Shown: positions 47,274 to 56,251 of the stretch, piece by piece
How positions within the stretch are numbered: the first letter of the stretch is position 1
How the letters are laid out: each line of letters opens with the position of its first letter
NCBI GenBank assembly: GCA_965367015.1
Contig: CBDUGY010000002.1
Span: 30,432 to 94,431 of the forward strand
From: an uncultured Ulvibacter sp.
GTDB lineage: Bacteria > Bacteroidota > Bacteroidia > Flavobacteriales > Flavobacteriaceae
Direction of reading: 5' to 3'
Length of the DNA stretch: 64,000 nt
The notes under the pieces: generated by a model
Databases searched by the model: none
What the model saw: only the letters and a program-made list of their open reading frames with translations
Told to the model about the DNA's origin: nothing
Position numbers and translations under genes: made by a program

Positions 47274-48608
47274 ATGTATAAAAAAATACTATTATTCGTT
47301 TTATTTCCCATGGTTGGCATGGCGCAACATTCCATCAAGGGAACTTTTACCCCAGCTGAAGACTATAAATGGGCCATTTTATATCGTGTAGAACCAGCTC
47401 AAATGTTCTATACGGCAAATACACAAATGGATTCAGAGGGACGTTTCTCTTTAGATTTAGATTCGACAGTTACGGAAGGTGTTTATCGACTTGTATATGC
47501 GTTACCGCAGGAAATTTATAATTTTGATGTGATATATAATGGTAAAGAAGATATAGAAATTGTTTTTAATGAAGATGAGGGACTCTCATTTATTTCTTCG
47601 GAAGAGAACAAATTATTAGCAGCCTATGAAGCCGCGATGATAGAAATTCAAACCGAATTGGGGAAGGCGTTTCAGGAATCTCCTGAAGGTTCTCCCGCAG
47701 TGCAAGTTGGTTTTAAGAATCTTGAATTGCTACAGAAGCAATTCGAAATTGATGCTGAGGGTTATGTAGCGGCAAATTTTATAAAAGCCAATCGTCCTTA
47801 TATTCCTGAGGGTGCCGTAGATTTTCAAACATTCATTAGAGACTATAAAAAGAACTACTTTCAGTATGTGGATTTTAATAATCCCGTACTTCAGAAATCT
47901 AGCTTCCTCCTAGAGCGTTCTATGAATTACATCAAAGGTTTTGTCTCCACATCCGAAGACACTCAGTCACCATACAATCAGAATATTGATACCGTGGCGG
48001 CGATTCTTAAGAATACCGACTCTGATTATCAGTTGGCATTATTAGGTAATATTTGGCAAAAATTGGTCAATGAAGAAAATATAAATGCTGCAAATTACCT
48101 AGCCGAAAAATACTTGATTCCAATAGCAGATGCGCTTGGTGACAAAGAGCTTTCAGAAAAACTAACTCTTTTTAAGAACCTTTCCATGGGTTCGAAAGCT
48201 CCAGACTTTGGCTGGGAAGAAGATGTGGACGGGAAAACTATTCAGAATTCATTGCATAGCATCGATGCAGCCAAGAGATATGTGCTCGTTTTTTGGAGCA
48301 GTGGTTGCTCACATTGTTTAAAGGAGGTCCCGGAGTTGCACAAAAAAGTGAAAACTTTCAAAGAAGGAGATTATAAAGTGATTGCCATAGGATTGGAAGA
48401 CGAGCCGTACGACTGGCAAAACAAAATCTTCGATTTCCCTGAGTTTATTAATGTCCTCGGTTTAGGTAAATGGGAGAATGAAATCGGTAATAATTACGAT
48501 ATAACCTCTACTCCCACTTATTTTGTTCTCGATAGTGACAAGAAAATTATCGCAAAACCGGAAACTTTGGAAGATTTAAACAAAATATTTGAAGCCTTAC
48601 AGCAATAG
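47274..48608 (+). CDS. TlpA/thioredoxin-like thiol-disulfide oxidoreductase with a long N-terminal domain
   Basis: 444 aa from the ATG at 47274, with a signal peptide. The C-terminal redoxin domain has FWSSGCSHC (CxxC). Confidence 0.7.
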   Translation: MYKKILLFVLFPMVGMAQHSIKGTFTPAEDYKWAILYRVEPAQMFYTANTQMDSEGRFSLDLDSTVTEGVYRLVYALPQEIYNFDVIYNGKEDIEIVFNEDEGLSFISSEENKLLAAYEAAMIEIQTELGKAFQESPEGSPAVQVGFKNLELLQKQFEIDAEGYVAANFIKANRPYIPEGAVDFQTFIRDYKKNYFQYVDFNNPVLQKSSFLLERSMNYIKGFVSTSEDTQSPYNQNIDTVAAILKNTDSDYQLALLGNIWQKLVNEENINAANYLAEKYLIPIADALGDKELSEKLTLFKNLSMGSKAPDFGWEEDVDGKTIQNSLHSIDAAKRYVLVFWSSGCSHCLKEVPELHKKVKTFKEGDYKVIAIGLEDEPYDWQNKIFDFPEFINVLGLGKWENEIGNNYDITSTPTYFVLDSDKKIIAKPETLEDLNKIFEALQQ

Positions 48609-48629
48609 ATATTCGGGCGAATTCTAAAA

Positions 48630-48989
48630 TCAAAAATGATAAAACGCATCTTTAAAATGCTCGATCTGCTCGATCTGTTTATTTTTTAAAACTGAAATAA
48701 TATCAAAACGAACTTCCTTTTCGATATTATTTGAAATGAGGAATTCATTAGCAGCTTTTACCAATAATTTAATTTTGCCTTTGGTTACAAAATCTTGTGG
48801 ATCACCAAAAAAGGCGCTGTTTCTTGTTTTTACTTCCACAACAATAATAAAATCATCTTTTTCTGCAATAATATCTATTTCAGCCTTTTCATAAACAAAA
48901 TTTCGTTCTAAAACGGTGAAGCCATTGCGCAGCAAATAATCGGTTGCCAATTGTTCTCCAATTTTTCCAAGTTCGTTATGATAAGCCAT
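48630..48989 (-). CDS. YraN-family (UPF0102) endonuclease-like protein
   Basis: 119 aa. G.IGEQLATDYL...GF.VLERNF......EIDIIA......VVEVKTR is typical of YraN. Confidence 0.8.
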   Translation of the reverse strand: MAYHNELGKIGEQLATDYLLRNGFTVLERNFVYEKAEIDIIAEKDDFIIVVEVKTRNSAFFGDPQDFVTKGKIKLLVKAANEFLISNNIEKEVRFDIISVLKNKQIEQIEHFKDAFYHF

Positions 48990-49044
48990 TTATCTTAGTT
49001 TCCGATATATAAATTTCAACATACCACTCTGTAAAAGTTGGTTG

Positions 49045-49947
49045 CTAACTAAAATCTAAATTTATACCTGTACTTTCTACTTTCAGAGTTACTTCTCTTC
49101 CCAAAATCAATGCCCGGTTATCGTTGATATGCCCTGCCGGAAAGTTAAAACAGACAGGATATGAATATTCCGCCACTGCCTCAAGAATAATTTCTTCTGC
49201 AGTCTTTCCAAAGGGAATTGTATTATCCCTCATATCGCTCATCCCTCCTACGATCAATCCTGCCAAATCTTTAAGTAGCATATTTCGCTTAAAATTTTGC
49301 ATCATACGATCGATATGATACAGCATTTCGTCAAGGTCTTCTATAAACAAAATCTTTCCCTTTGTTTCAATTGCTGATGGGCTACCAATTAAGGAGTATA
49401 AAAGTGATAAATTTCCTCCAGTAAGTATCCCCTTTGCATTTCCTTTGCGATTAAGTCTATTTGCTTGGATAGCCATATCGATACGATAATTCTTTCCGAA
49501 GAGGACCTCTTTTACAGAATCCCTTGTAGCAATAGTTTTATTTTCCAACTCCATCGCCATATTTGCATGAAGTGTCTCAATATTAAAAGTATGAATATGC
49601 GAATGCAATACTGTAACATCACTATAGCCAATAATCCACTTCGGGTTTTTTCTGAATTTTGAAAAATCCAAGCGATCGATAATTCGAACCGTACCATAAC
49701 CTCCTCTTGCACACCATATTGCGCTTATTTTTGAATCATCCAGAAATTGCTGAAGATCTTCCGATCGAATGTTATCGTTACCGGCAAATTGATCTGACTC
49801 AGCATTAATCGATTTTCCCAAAACATAGTTCAACCCCCAAGACTCCAACATTTTCAGAAACGTTTCTAGTTCGGCAGTTGTGATTTTTCTAGCGGTAGAT
49901 ATAATTCCAACGGTATCTCCGGTAGCTAAATAAGGGGGTGTAACCAT
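49045..49947 (-). CDS. LD-carboxypeptidase (peptidase S66)
   Basis: 300 aa. Nucleophile motif IIGYSDVTVLH, and late Glu/His motifs (FIEDLDE; FPAGH). Confidence 0.8.
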   Translation of the reverse strand: MVTPPYLATGDTVGIISTARKITTAELETFLKMLESWGLNYVLGKSINAESDQFAGNDNIRSEDLQQFLDDSKISAIWCARGGYGTVRIIDRLDFSKFRKNPKWIIGYSDVTVLHSHIHTFNIETLHANMAMELENKTIATRDSVKEVLFGKNYRIDMAIQANRLNRKGNAKGILTGGNLSLLYSLIGSPSAIETKGKILFIEDLDEMLYHIDRMMQNFKRNMLLKDLAGLIVGGMSDMRDNTIPFGKTAEEIILEAVAEYSYPVCFNFPAGHINDNRALILGREVTLKVESTGINLDFS

Positions 49948-50069
49948 ATGTTAAATTTACACGTCTTATAGAATAATTATTAAACTTTTAAGTTAAAATT
50001 ATGTCACATTATATGTAAACAACTATTATTCAGTACTTTTATTTTTAACACAAACCAAAAAACCCACCT

Positions 50070-51539
50070 ATGGAAACAATTGCTAATCCCTCTTGCAATG
50101 CTTCTACATTAGCACCATATGTACCAACAGCGCAAAATCCATGGAGTACTTCAAAAATTAAACACATTTATCGCAGACTTGGCTTTGGGGCATCACAAAT
50201 GGATGTAGATGCAGCTTTAGCGCTAACACCCGAGACTTTTATAGATACGCTTGTAGATACCGCATTTAATCTTCCCCCTACGCCGGCACCTTTTTGGGGA
50301 TATTGGTCATTTAATGATTATACTAATTATAATGATCAAAACTTCCTTTTTACTCAGGAATGGCGAATTCAGGCAGTCAATGATTTTCTAAGTGAAGACT
50401 TGAGAGGAAGAATCGCCTTTTTTTGGTCTAACCACTTTGTTACTGAGTTAGAAGTGTATGGACATGCACCATATCTATACCAATATTATAATTTACTACA
50501 AACACATGCACTAGGCAATTTTAAAGAATTTACTCGTGAAATCGGGATATCATCCACAATGTTGATTTATCTGAATGGCTTTGAGAATACGCAATTTAAT
50601 CCGAACGAAAATTATGCCCGTGAACTGTATGAACTGTTTACTTTGGGAGAGGGTAACGGCTACACTCAAACCGATATTACCGAGACGGCTCGTGCTCTTA
50701 CCGGTTACAACCATTGGGATGATTATGGTGATATAATATATTTTGATCAAAGCACCCACGATCCCGGACCTAAAACAATTTTTGGACAAACAGGTAACTA
50801 TGATTATAATCAGGTTATCGATTTACTTTTTCAGGAGCGAGGTGACATTATCGCTTTTTATATCTGCGAAAAATTATATCGCTTTTTCGTGAGTCCGGAA
50901 GTCGATCAAATCATTGAAACCGATATAATCCAGCCACTCGCTACAACATTTATCAATAACAATTTTGAAATCGTTCCCGTATTAAAGCAACTTTTCAAGA
51001 GCGAACATTTCTTCGACGAACGAGCTTTAGGAGTTGTAATTAAGAGTCCGTTCGACACCACATTGTCATATCTAAAAGAAACCGGATTCTTTTATGACAA
51101 TACGATTATCGATGCATTTATATATTACAATAGTTTAATGGGTCAGGACCTTTTCGACCCCCTGGACGTGTCCGGTTGGCAACGGGATGAATCCTGGATT
51201 AATACATCCACACTTACGGGACGCTGGGCCCTCTTTGGATTGTACATAGACTATCTTTTTAATGAAGGTTATGAATTTCAATTTGTGGATCTGGCCAGAG
51301 AATTAACGAACGATAGTAATGACCCGGTATTTATAACCCAAGTATTGGTAGATCATTTTATGTCTAAGCCTTTGCACAGCTTAGATGATTATACCACTGC
51401 TACTGATATTTTCAAATGGGAAGTGCCACAAAACTATTACGATCAAGGCCTTTGGAACTTAAGTTGGTCTTCTGCCCCTTATCAGGTTTCACTCTTGCTC
51501 AAACATATCGCCACAATGCCCGAATTCCAACTTAAATAA
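50070..51539 (+). CDS. DUF1800 domain protein
   Basis: 489 aa. HIYRRLGFGAS...FWSNHF...NENYARELYELFTLG...TGY matches DUF1800 as I recall it. No N-terminal signal peptide is visible. Confidence 0.7.
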   Translation: METIANPSCNASTLAPYVPTAQNPWSTSKIKHIYRRLGFGASQMDVDAALALTPETFIDTLVDTAFNLPPTPAPFWGYWSFNDYTNYNDQNFLFTQEWRIQAVNDFLSEDLRGRIAFFWSNHFVTELEVYGHAPYLYQYYNLLQTHALGNFKEFTREIGISSTMLIYLNGFENTQFNPNENYARELYELFTLGEGNGYTQTDITETARALTGYNHWDDYGDIIYFDQSTHDPGPKTIFGQTGNYDYNQVIDLLFQERGDIIAFYICEKLYRFFVSPEVDQIIETDIIQPLATTFINNNFEIVPVLKQLFKSEHFFDERALGVVIKSPFDTTLSYLKETGFFYDNTIIDAFIYYNSLMGQDLFDPLDVSGWQRDESWINTSTLTGRWALFGLYIDYLFNEGYEFQFVDLARELTNDSNDPVFITQVLVDHFMSKPLHSLDDYTTATDIFKWEVPQNYYDQGLWNLSWSSAPYQVSLLLKHIATMPEFQLK

Positions 51540-51547
51540 GATAAGCC

Positions 51548-53167
51548 ATGTGTAACAACCATAAAATCCCAAAGAAAGAAGCGTCAAAGGACGAAAAGAA
51601 TATTCACGACCAGGAACACGCAACATGGAATCGACGCTCCTTTATACAGGCCCTTGGCCTGGCAGGGGCGGGAAGTATGATGTTGGGACAAGCAGCAATT
51701 TCTGCCACCAAACCATCTCCGCTTTCAGTAGCTCTCTCACAGGTTGAAAATGATAATATTCTTGTGATCATTCGACTAAAAGGGGGAAATGATGGACTTA
51801 ATACTATTGTTCCAATTTATGATTATGCAACTTATGCGAATTTAAGACCTACTATAAAACATCAGCAAAGTGATTTACTTAACCTAAATGGAGATTTTGC
51901 TATCCCTAATTATATGAACGGACTGGAAAGCATGTGGGGAGACGGACAAATGAAAGTAGTTCATGGGGTTGGATATCCGCAACAAAATTTATCTCACTTC
52001 CGTTCTTCTGAAATTTGGGCTTCAACCGATGCAATTAATTTTGAGCCAACAGGTTGGTGGGGAAGATATTTTGAAGACTTATATCCGGATTATCTTATAA
52101 ATCCGCCAGAAATCCCGCCGGCGATACAGATTGGTAGCATTGGTAATCTTGTTTTTGAAGGTGAGAATTCGAATTATGCTTTCTCAGTGGCTAATCCGGA
52201 CCAGTTGGCCAGTGTAGCTGCTAATGGTGCCTTACACGATGTATTGGATATTCCGGATTGTGTCTATGGAGATAAGCTTCTTTTTATGCGAGCAACAGCC
52301 AACACTACTTTTATATATTCACAAGTAATCAATGACGCTTATTTGTCATCAAACAATAGTGTGGCTTACGGTGATGAACAATTAGCTTCTCAATTGGCAA
52401 TCGTTGCGAGAATGATTAAGGGGGGATTAGGAACCAAAGTTTATATGGTAACTTTAGACGGTTTTGACACTCATGCGAACCAAGTGAACAATCACCGATC
52501 TATTCTTGAAGATCTTTCGAACTCTTTAAAAAACTTTTACGATGATCTTTCTGCCACAGGAATGCAGGATAAGGTTTTATCAATGACCATTTCAGAATTT
52601 GGCCGCAGACCTTACGAAAATGGTTCGAATGGAACCGACCACGGTGCTGCATCGCCTGTAATGCTATTTGGAGAAGGTTTACAAGGCAGTGGCTTTGTTG
52701 GACAACATCCAGATCTAACGACCTGGGATAACAATGATAATTTAATACCAACAGCCGATTTCAGAGATGTGTATTCTTCGGTTTTAACCGATTGGTTTTG
52801 TTTAGATCAATCTGTGATAGACTTGATCTTATTGAATGAAAACTACCAACATCTGGACCTCGGTCTTACATGTGAAACATTATCAACTAATGATTTTAGC
52901 GACGTCACCAGATTTGTTCACACTGCAACCTATAATAATAATAAGACCTTCATTGAATTGAATATGCCATTCACAGCAAATGTGGATGTGAAGCTTTATG
53001 ATATCATGGGAAGAGAGATTGCAACACTTGCCAATGAGATTCTTTTTCCGGGAAGGCATACCATTGATGTTAGAGAAAAGTCGAAAACCAGGCTCTCATA
53101 TGGTCAATATGTCTACCGAATTGCCGTTGGGGGCCAGTTTTATAGTAAATCGATTTTGATAAAATAG
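51548..53167 (+). CDS. DUF1501 (sulfatase-fold) protein with a twin-arginine signal and a T9SS C-terminal sorting domain
   Basis: 539 aa. Tat motif NRRSFIQALGLAGAGSMMLGQAAISA (RR codons 51632-51637). DUF1501 core (GGNDGLN...GFDTHANQ...EFGRR...GTDHG). The last 85 aa or so resemble the type A T9SS CTD (VKLYDIMGREIATL...GQYVYRIAVGGQFYSKSILIK). Confidence 0.75.
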   Translation: MCNNHKIPKKEASKDEKNIHDQEHATWNRRSFIQALGLAGAGSMMLGQAAISATKPSPLSVALSQVENDNILVIIRLKGGNDGLNTIVPIYDYATYANLRPTIKHQQSDLLNLNGDFAIPNYMNGLESMWGDGQMKVVHGVGYPQQNLSHFRSSEIWASTDAINFEPTGWWGRYFEDLYPDYLINPPEIPPAIQIGSIGNLVFEGENSNYAFSVANPDQLASVAANGALHDVLDIPDCVYGDKLLFMRATANTTFIYSQVINDAYLSSNNSVAYGDEQLASQLAIVARMIKGGLGTKVYMVTLDGFDTHANQVNNHRSILEDLSNSLKNFYDDLSATGMQDKVLSMTISEFGRRPYENGSNGTDHGAASPVMLFGEGLQGSGFVGQHPDLTTWDNNDNLIPTADFRDVYSSVLTDWFCLDQSVIDLILLNENYQHLDLGLTCETLSTNDFSDVTRFVHTATYNNNKTFIELNMPFTANVDVKLYDIMGREIATLANEILFPGRHTIDVREKSKTRLSYGQYVYRIAVGGQFYSKSILIK

Positions 53168-53340
53168 TCCTGTTAAAATAGCTCGATCTATGATCAACAC
53201 CGGACGTTCTTCTTTAAAAGAAAGTGATAGTGATTGATTGATTTACTAATGAATAATCCGCTTTAAAAGGATGCATTAGCTCGGTCCGGACTTTGCCCAA
53301 AATTCATTTGGATTAAAAACTCATCCGAAGATAAAATCCT

Positions 53341-53348
53341 TATTTTTG
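53341..53348 (+). promoter_or_regulatory. candidate -7 promoter box (TATTTTTG) for metG
   Basis: Exact TAnnTTTG match 40 nt upstream of the metG ATG. No well-spaced -33 TTTG was seen. Confidence 0.3.
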
Positions 53349-53388
53349 CAATTGCCTAGCACAAGATGATAGGTTTGTAAAGAAAATT

Positions 53389-55497
53389 ATGAGTCAAGAT
53401 CCTAAAAGATTTACCATTACTGCAGCTTTGCCGTATACCAACGGACCCGTTCATATTGGGCATTTAGCCGGTGTGTATGTGCCTGCCGATATATATGCAC
53501 GATACCAACGGCTTCAAAATAAAGATGTCGTTTTTGTTTGCGGAAGCGATGAACATGGGGTGCCGATAACTATAAAAGCAAAAAAAGAGGGAATTACACC
53601 GCAGCAAGTGGTCGATAAATATCACGCGATAATTAAGCAGTCTTTTGAGGACTTCGGAATAAGTTTCGATAACTATTCACGAACCTCAGCAAAAATCCAT
53701 CACGAGACCGCAACAGAATTCTTTAAGAAATTATACGAGGACGGAAAATTTATAGAGGAAGTAACTGAACAATTCTACGATGCGGAAGCAAATCAATTTC
53801 TAGCCGATCGTTTTATTGTTGGAACCTGCCCCAAGTGCGGATTTGAAGAAAGTTATGGCGACCAGTGTGAAAACTGTGGAACTTCGCACAATGCTACCGA
53901 TCTTATAAACCCAAAAAGCGCAATTACCGGTGCAACTCCAACTTTGAAAGAAACCAAGCATTGGTTTTTACCTTTAGATCAGTACGAACCATGGCTGAAG
54001 GAGTGGATCGTTAAAGGGCATAAAAAAGATTGGAAAACCAATGTTTACGGACAGTGTAAATCTTGGATAGATGATGGATTACGACCTAGAGCTGTAACTC
54101 GAGATTTAGATTGGGGAATTCCAGTTCCTGTTGAAGGAGCCGAAGGAAAAGTACTTTACGTCTGGTTTGATGCACCCATCGGATATATTTCCTCTACAAA
54201 AGAATGGGCTGCCCGCGAAGGGAAAGATTGGGAGCCTTATTGGAAGAATGATAGCACTAAGCTACTTCATTTTATTGGAAAAGACAATATCGTATTTCAC
54301 TGTATCATTTTCCCCAGTATGCTAAAAGCTGAAGGTAGCTACGTGTTGCCCGACAACGTTCCGGCAAACGAATTTTTGAATTTGGAAGGGAATAAAATCT
54401 CAACTTCCAAGAATTGGGCGGTATGGCTGCATGAGTATTTGGAAGAATTTCCGAATCAACAGGACGTATTACGTTACGTATTAACAGCGAACGCTCCCGA
54501 AACTAAAGACAATGATTTCACTTGGGCCGATTTTCAAGCCAGAAATAATAATGAATTGGTTGCTGTCTTCGGAAACTTTATCAACCGTGTAGTAGTTCTA
54601 ACGCACAAATATTACGACGGAGCAGTGCCGCAAGCATCCGGTTTTTCTGAAAGAGATGAAGCTACTATGAAAGAATTACAGGCTTATCCTGCGGTGATTG
54701 CCAGTTCAATAGAACGCTATCGTTTCCGCGAAGCGCAAATGGAATTGATGAATGTAGCCCGACTCGGAAATAAATATCTGGCAGATGAAGAGCCCTGGAA
54801 GACTATCAAAACTGATGAGGATCGTACAAAAACAGTAATGTATGTTGCGTTGCAGATTGCTTCGGCTTTAGCAATTTTATGTGAACCTTTTTTACCTTTT
54901 ACTTCTAATAAATTGAAATCCATTCTAGGTCATTCTGAGATTGAAAAAACCTGGAATGATATAACTGAAATAATTACTTCTTCTCCCATTTTAGGGGATA
55001 GCCCACAAGGAGAGAAAAGGGTACTTATTCCTACTGGGCACACCATCGGTGCCGGCGAATTGCTTTTCAGTAAAATAGAAGATGAGCAGATACAACAACA
55101 ATTAGATAAACTTCAAGCCAGTAAAAAGATGAATGAAGCTGCCAATAAATTGATTACTCCACAGAAAGAAACCATTCAGTTCGACGATTTCTCAAAGCTT
55201 GATATGCGGGTTGGGACTATTATTGAGGCCGAAAAAATGCCAAAAGCAAAAAAGTTATTGGTATTAAAAGTAGATACAGGGATTGATGTTCGCACAATCG
55301 TATCCGGAATCGCCGAAAGTTTTTCTGCCGAAGAAATTATTGGTAAAAAAGTGACAGTGCTGGTAAATCTTGCACCTCGTGCCTTACGTGGTGTGGATAG
55401 TGAAGGGATGATCTTAATGACCGAAGATCGAGAGGGAAAATTAATTTTTGTGAATCCCGATATGGATGGGGTTGATAATGGTGCGACTATAAATTAA
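53389..55497 (+). CDS. metG: methionyl-tRNA synthetase with a C-terminal tRNA-binding domain
   Basis: 702 aa. HIGH motif (PVHIGHLAG), Zn knuckles CPKCG...CENCG, KMSKS-type KISTSK and a C-terminal Trbp111/EMAP-like OB domain ([25 protein letters not shown]). Confidence 0.95.
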   Translation: MSQDPKRFTITAALPYTNGPVHIGHLAGVYVPADIYARYQRLQNKDVVFVCGSDEHGVPITIKAKKEGITPQQVVDKYHAIIKQSFEDFGISFDNYSRTSAKIHHETATEFFKKLYEDGKFIEEVTEQFYDAEANQFLADRFIVGTCPKCGFEESYGDQCENCGTSHNATDLINPKSAITGATPTLKETKHWFLPLDQYEPWLKEWIVKGHKKDWKTNVYGQCKSWIDDGLRPRAVTRDLDWGIPVPVEGAEGKVLYVWFDAPIGYISSTKEWAAREGKDWEPYWKNDSTKLLHFIGKDNIVFHCIIFPSMLKAEGSYVLPDNVPANEFLNLEGNKISTSKNWAVWLHEYLEEFPNQQDVLRYVLTANAPETKDNDFTWADFQARNNNELVAVFGNFINRVVVLTHKYYDGAVPQASGFSERDEATMKELQAYPAVIASSIERYRFREAQMELMNVARLGNKYLADEEPWKTIKTDEDRTKTVMYVALQIASALAILCEPFLPFTSNKLKSILGHSEIEKTWNDITEIITSSPILGDSPQGEKRVLIPTGHTIGAGELLFSKIEDEQIQQQLDKLQASKKMNEAANKLITPQKETIQFDDFSKLDMRVGTIIEAEKMPKAKKLLVLKVDTGIDVRTIVSGIAESFSAEEIIGKKVTVLVNLAPRALRGVDSEGMILMTEDREGKLIFVNPDMDGVDNGATIN

Positions 55498-55585
55498 ATC
55501 GTACGCCGGAATAGTTAGTCATTTCTCGACAGAAATCTTGCTGTTATATATCATAAATATACTTAACTCTTTTAAACCACAATTG

Positions 55586-55617
55586 AAAAAGCCCACTGAT
55601 AATTTAGTGGGCTTTTT
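55586..55617. terminator. bidirectional rho-independent terminator between convergent metG and ssb
   Basis: Arms AAAAAGCCCACT (55586-55597) / AGTGGGCTTTTT (55606-55617). An A-run on one side and a T-run on the other give a U-tail in both directions. Confidence 0.65.
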
Positions 55618-55636
55618 AATTTAAGATTTATAGGGC

Positions 55637-55972
55637 CTATTTGCTCCCAAGCATCAGCAGTTCATTACAAACTACTTCTGTAGTGTAACGCTTGTTACCT
55701 TCTTTATCGTCGTAAGAGCGATGCGAAAGCTTTCCCTCAATGGCAACTTCCTTGCCTTTGGTAACATATGTCTCAATGATTTCAGCCGTCTTTCCGAAGC
55801 AAACTACATTGTGCCATTGCGTATCGGTAACACGTTCTCCTTCTTTGTTTTTATAAGTTTCATTTGTTGCGATGCTAAACTTCGCAATTTTCTTTCCTGA
55901 ATCTAAATTAATGATTTCAGGGTCGTTTCCTAAGTTTCCAATCAACTGTACTTTGTTTCTAAGTGTACTCAT
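55637..55972 (-). CDS. ssb: single-stranded DNA-binding protein, short form without acidic C-terminal tail
   Basis: 111 aa OB fold (NKVQLIGNLGNDPE...TQWHNVVCFGKTAE...KG..V.IEGKL). It ends ...NELLMLGSK with no Gly/Pro-rich linker and no D-D-(I/L)-P-F tip. Confidence 0.85.
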   Translation of the reverse strand: MSTLRNKVQLIGNLGNDPEIINLDSGKKIAKFSIATNETYKNKEGERVTDTQWHNVVCFGKTAEIIETYVTKGKEVAIEGKLSHRSYDDKEGNKRYTTEVVCNELLMLGSK

Positions 55973-56251
55973 AATTTCTAATTTTTAATAATTAAACAGT
56001 TAAGAAATATTCCCGAGTTCGTCCCGAGAACCTATCGTCCTGAATTGAAACCAGCAGATTATCTGTACACAATAATTCACTCCAACAATTCAACACTGCA
56101 AATATGAGACAGCTTGCAAAAAAGAGTCGGTTGATAATTATTTACTTTCGTTTATAGTTGTTTACAAACGTTTGTAATTAATTGAACATAATTATAAAAA
56201 TACATAAACGCCCTGTTTAAAGGCAGTTGAAGAGTATGAAGTAGGTTTTCC

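Noticed and set aside
56010-56027. Direct repeat TCCCGAG-N4-TCCCGAG 38-55 nt upstream of the ssb start.
   Set aside because: Seven base pairs repeated once is within chance expectation. There is no second copy elsewhere in the window to suggest a motif.
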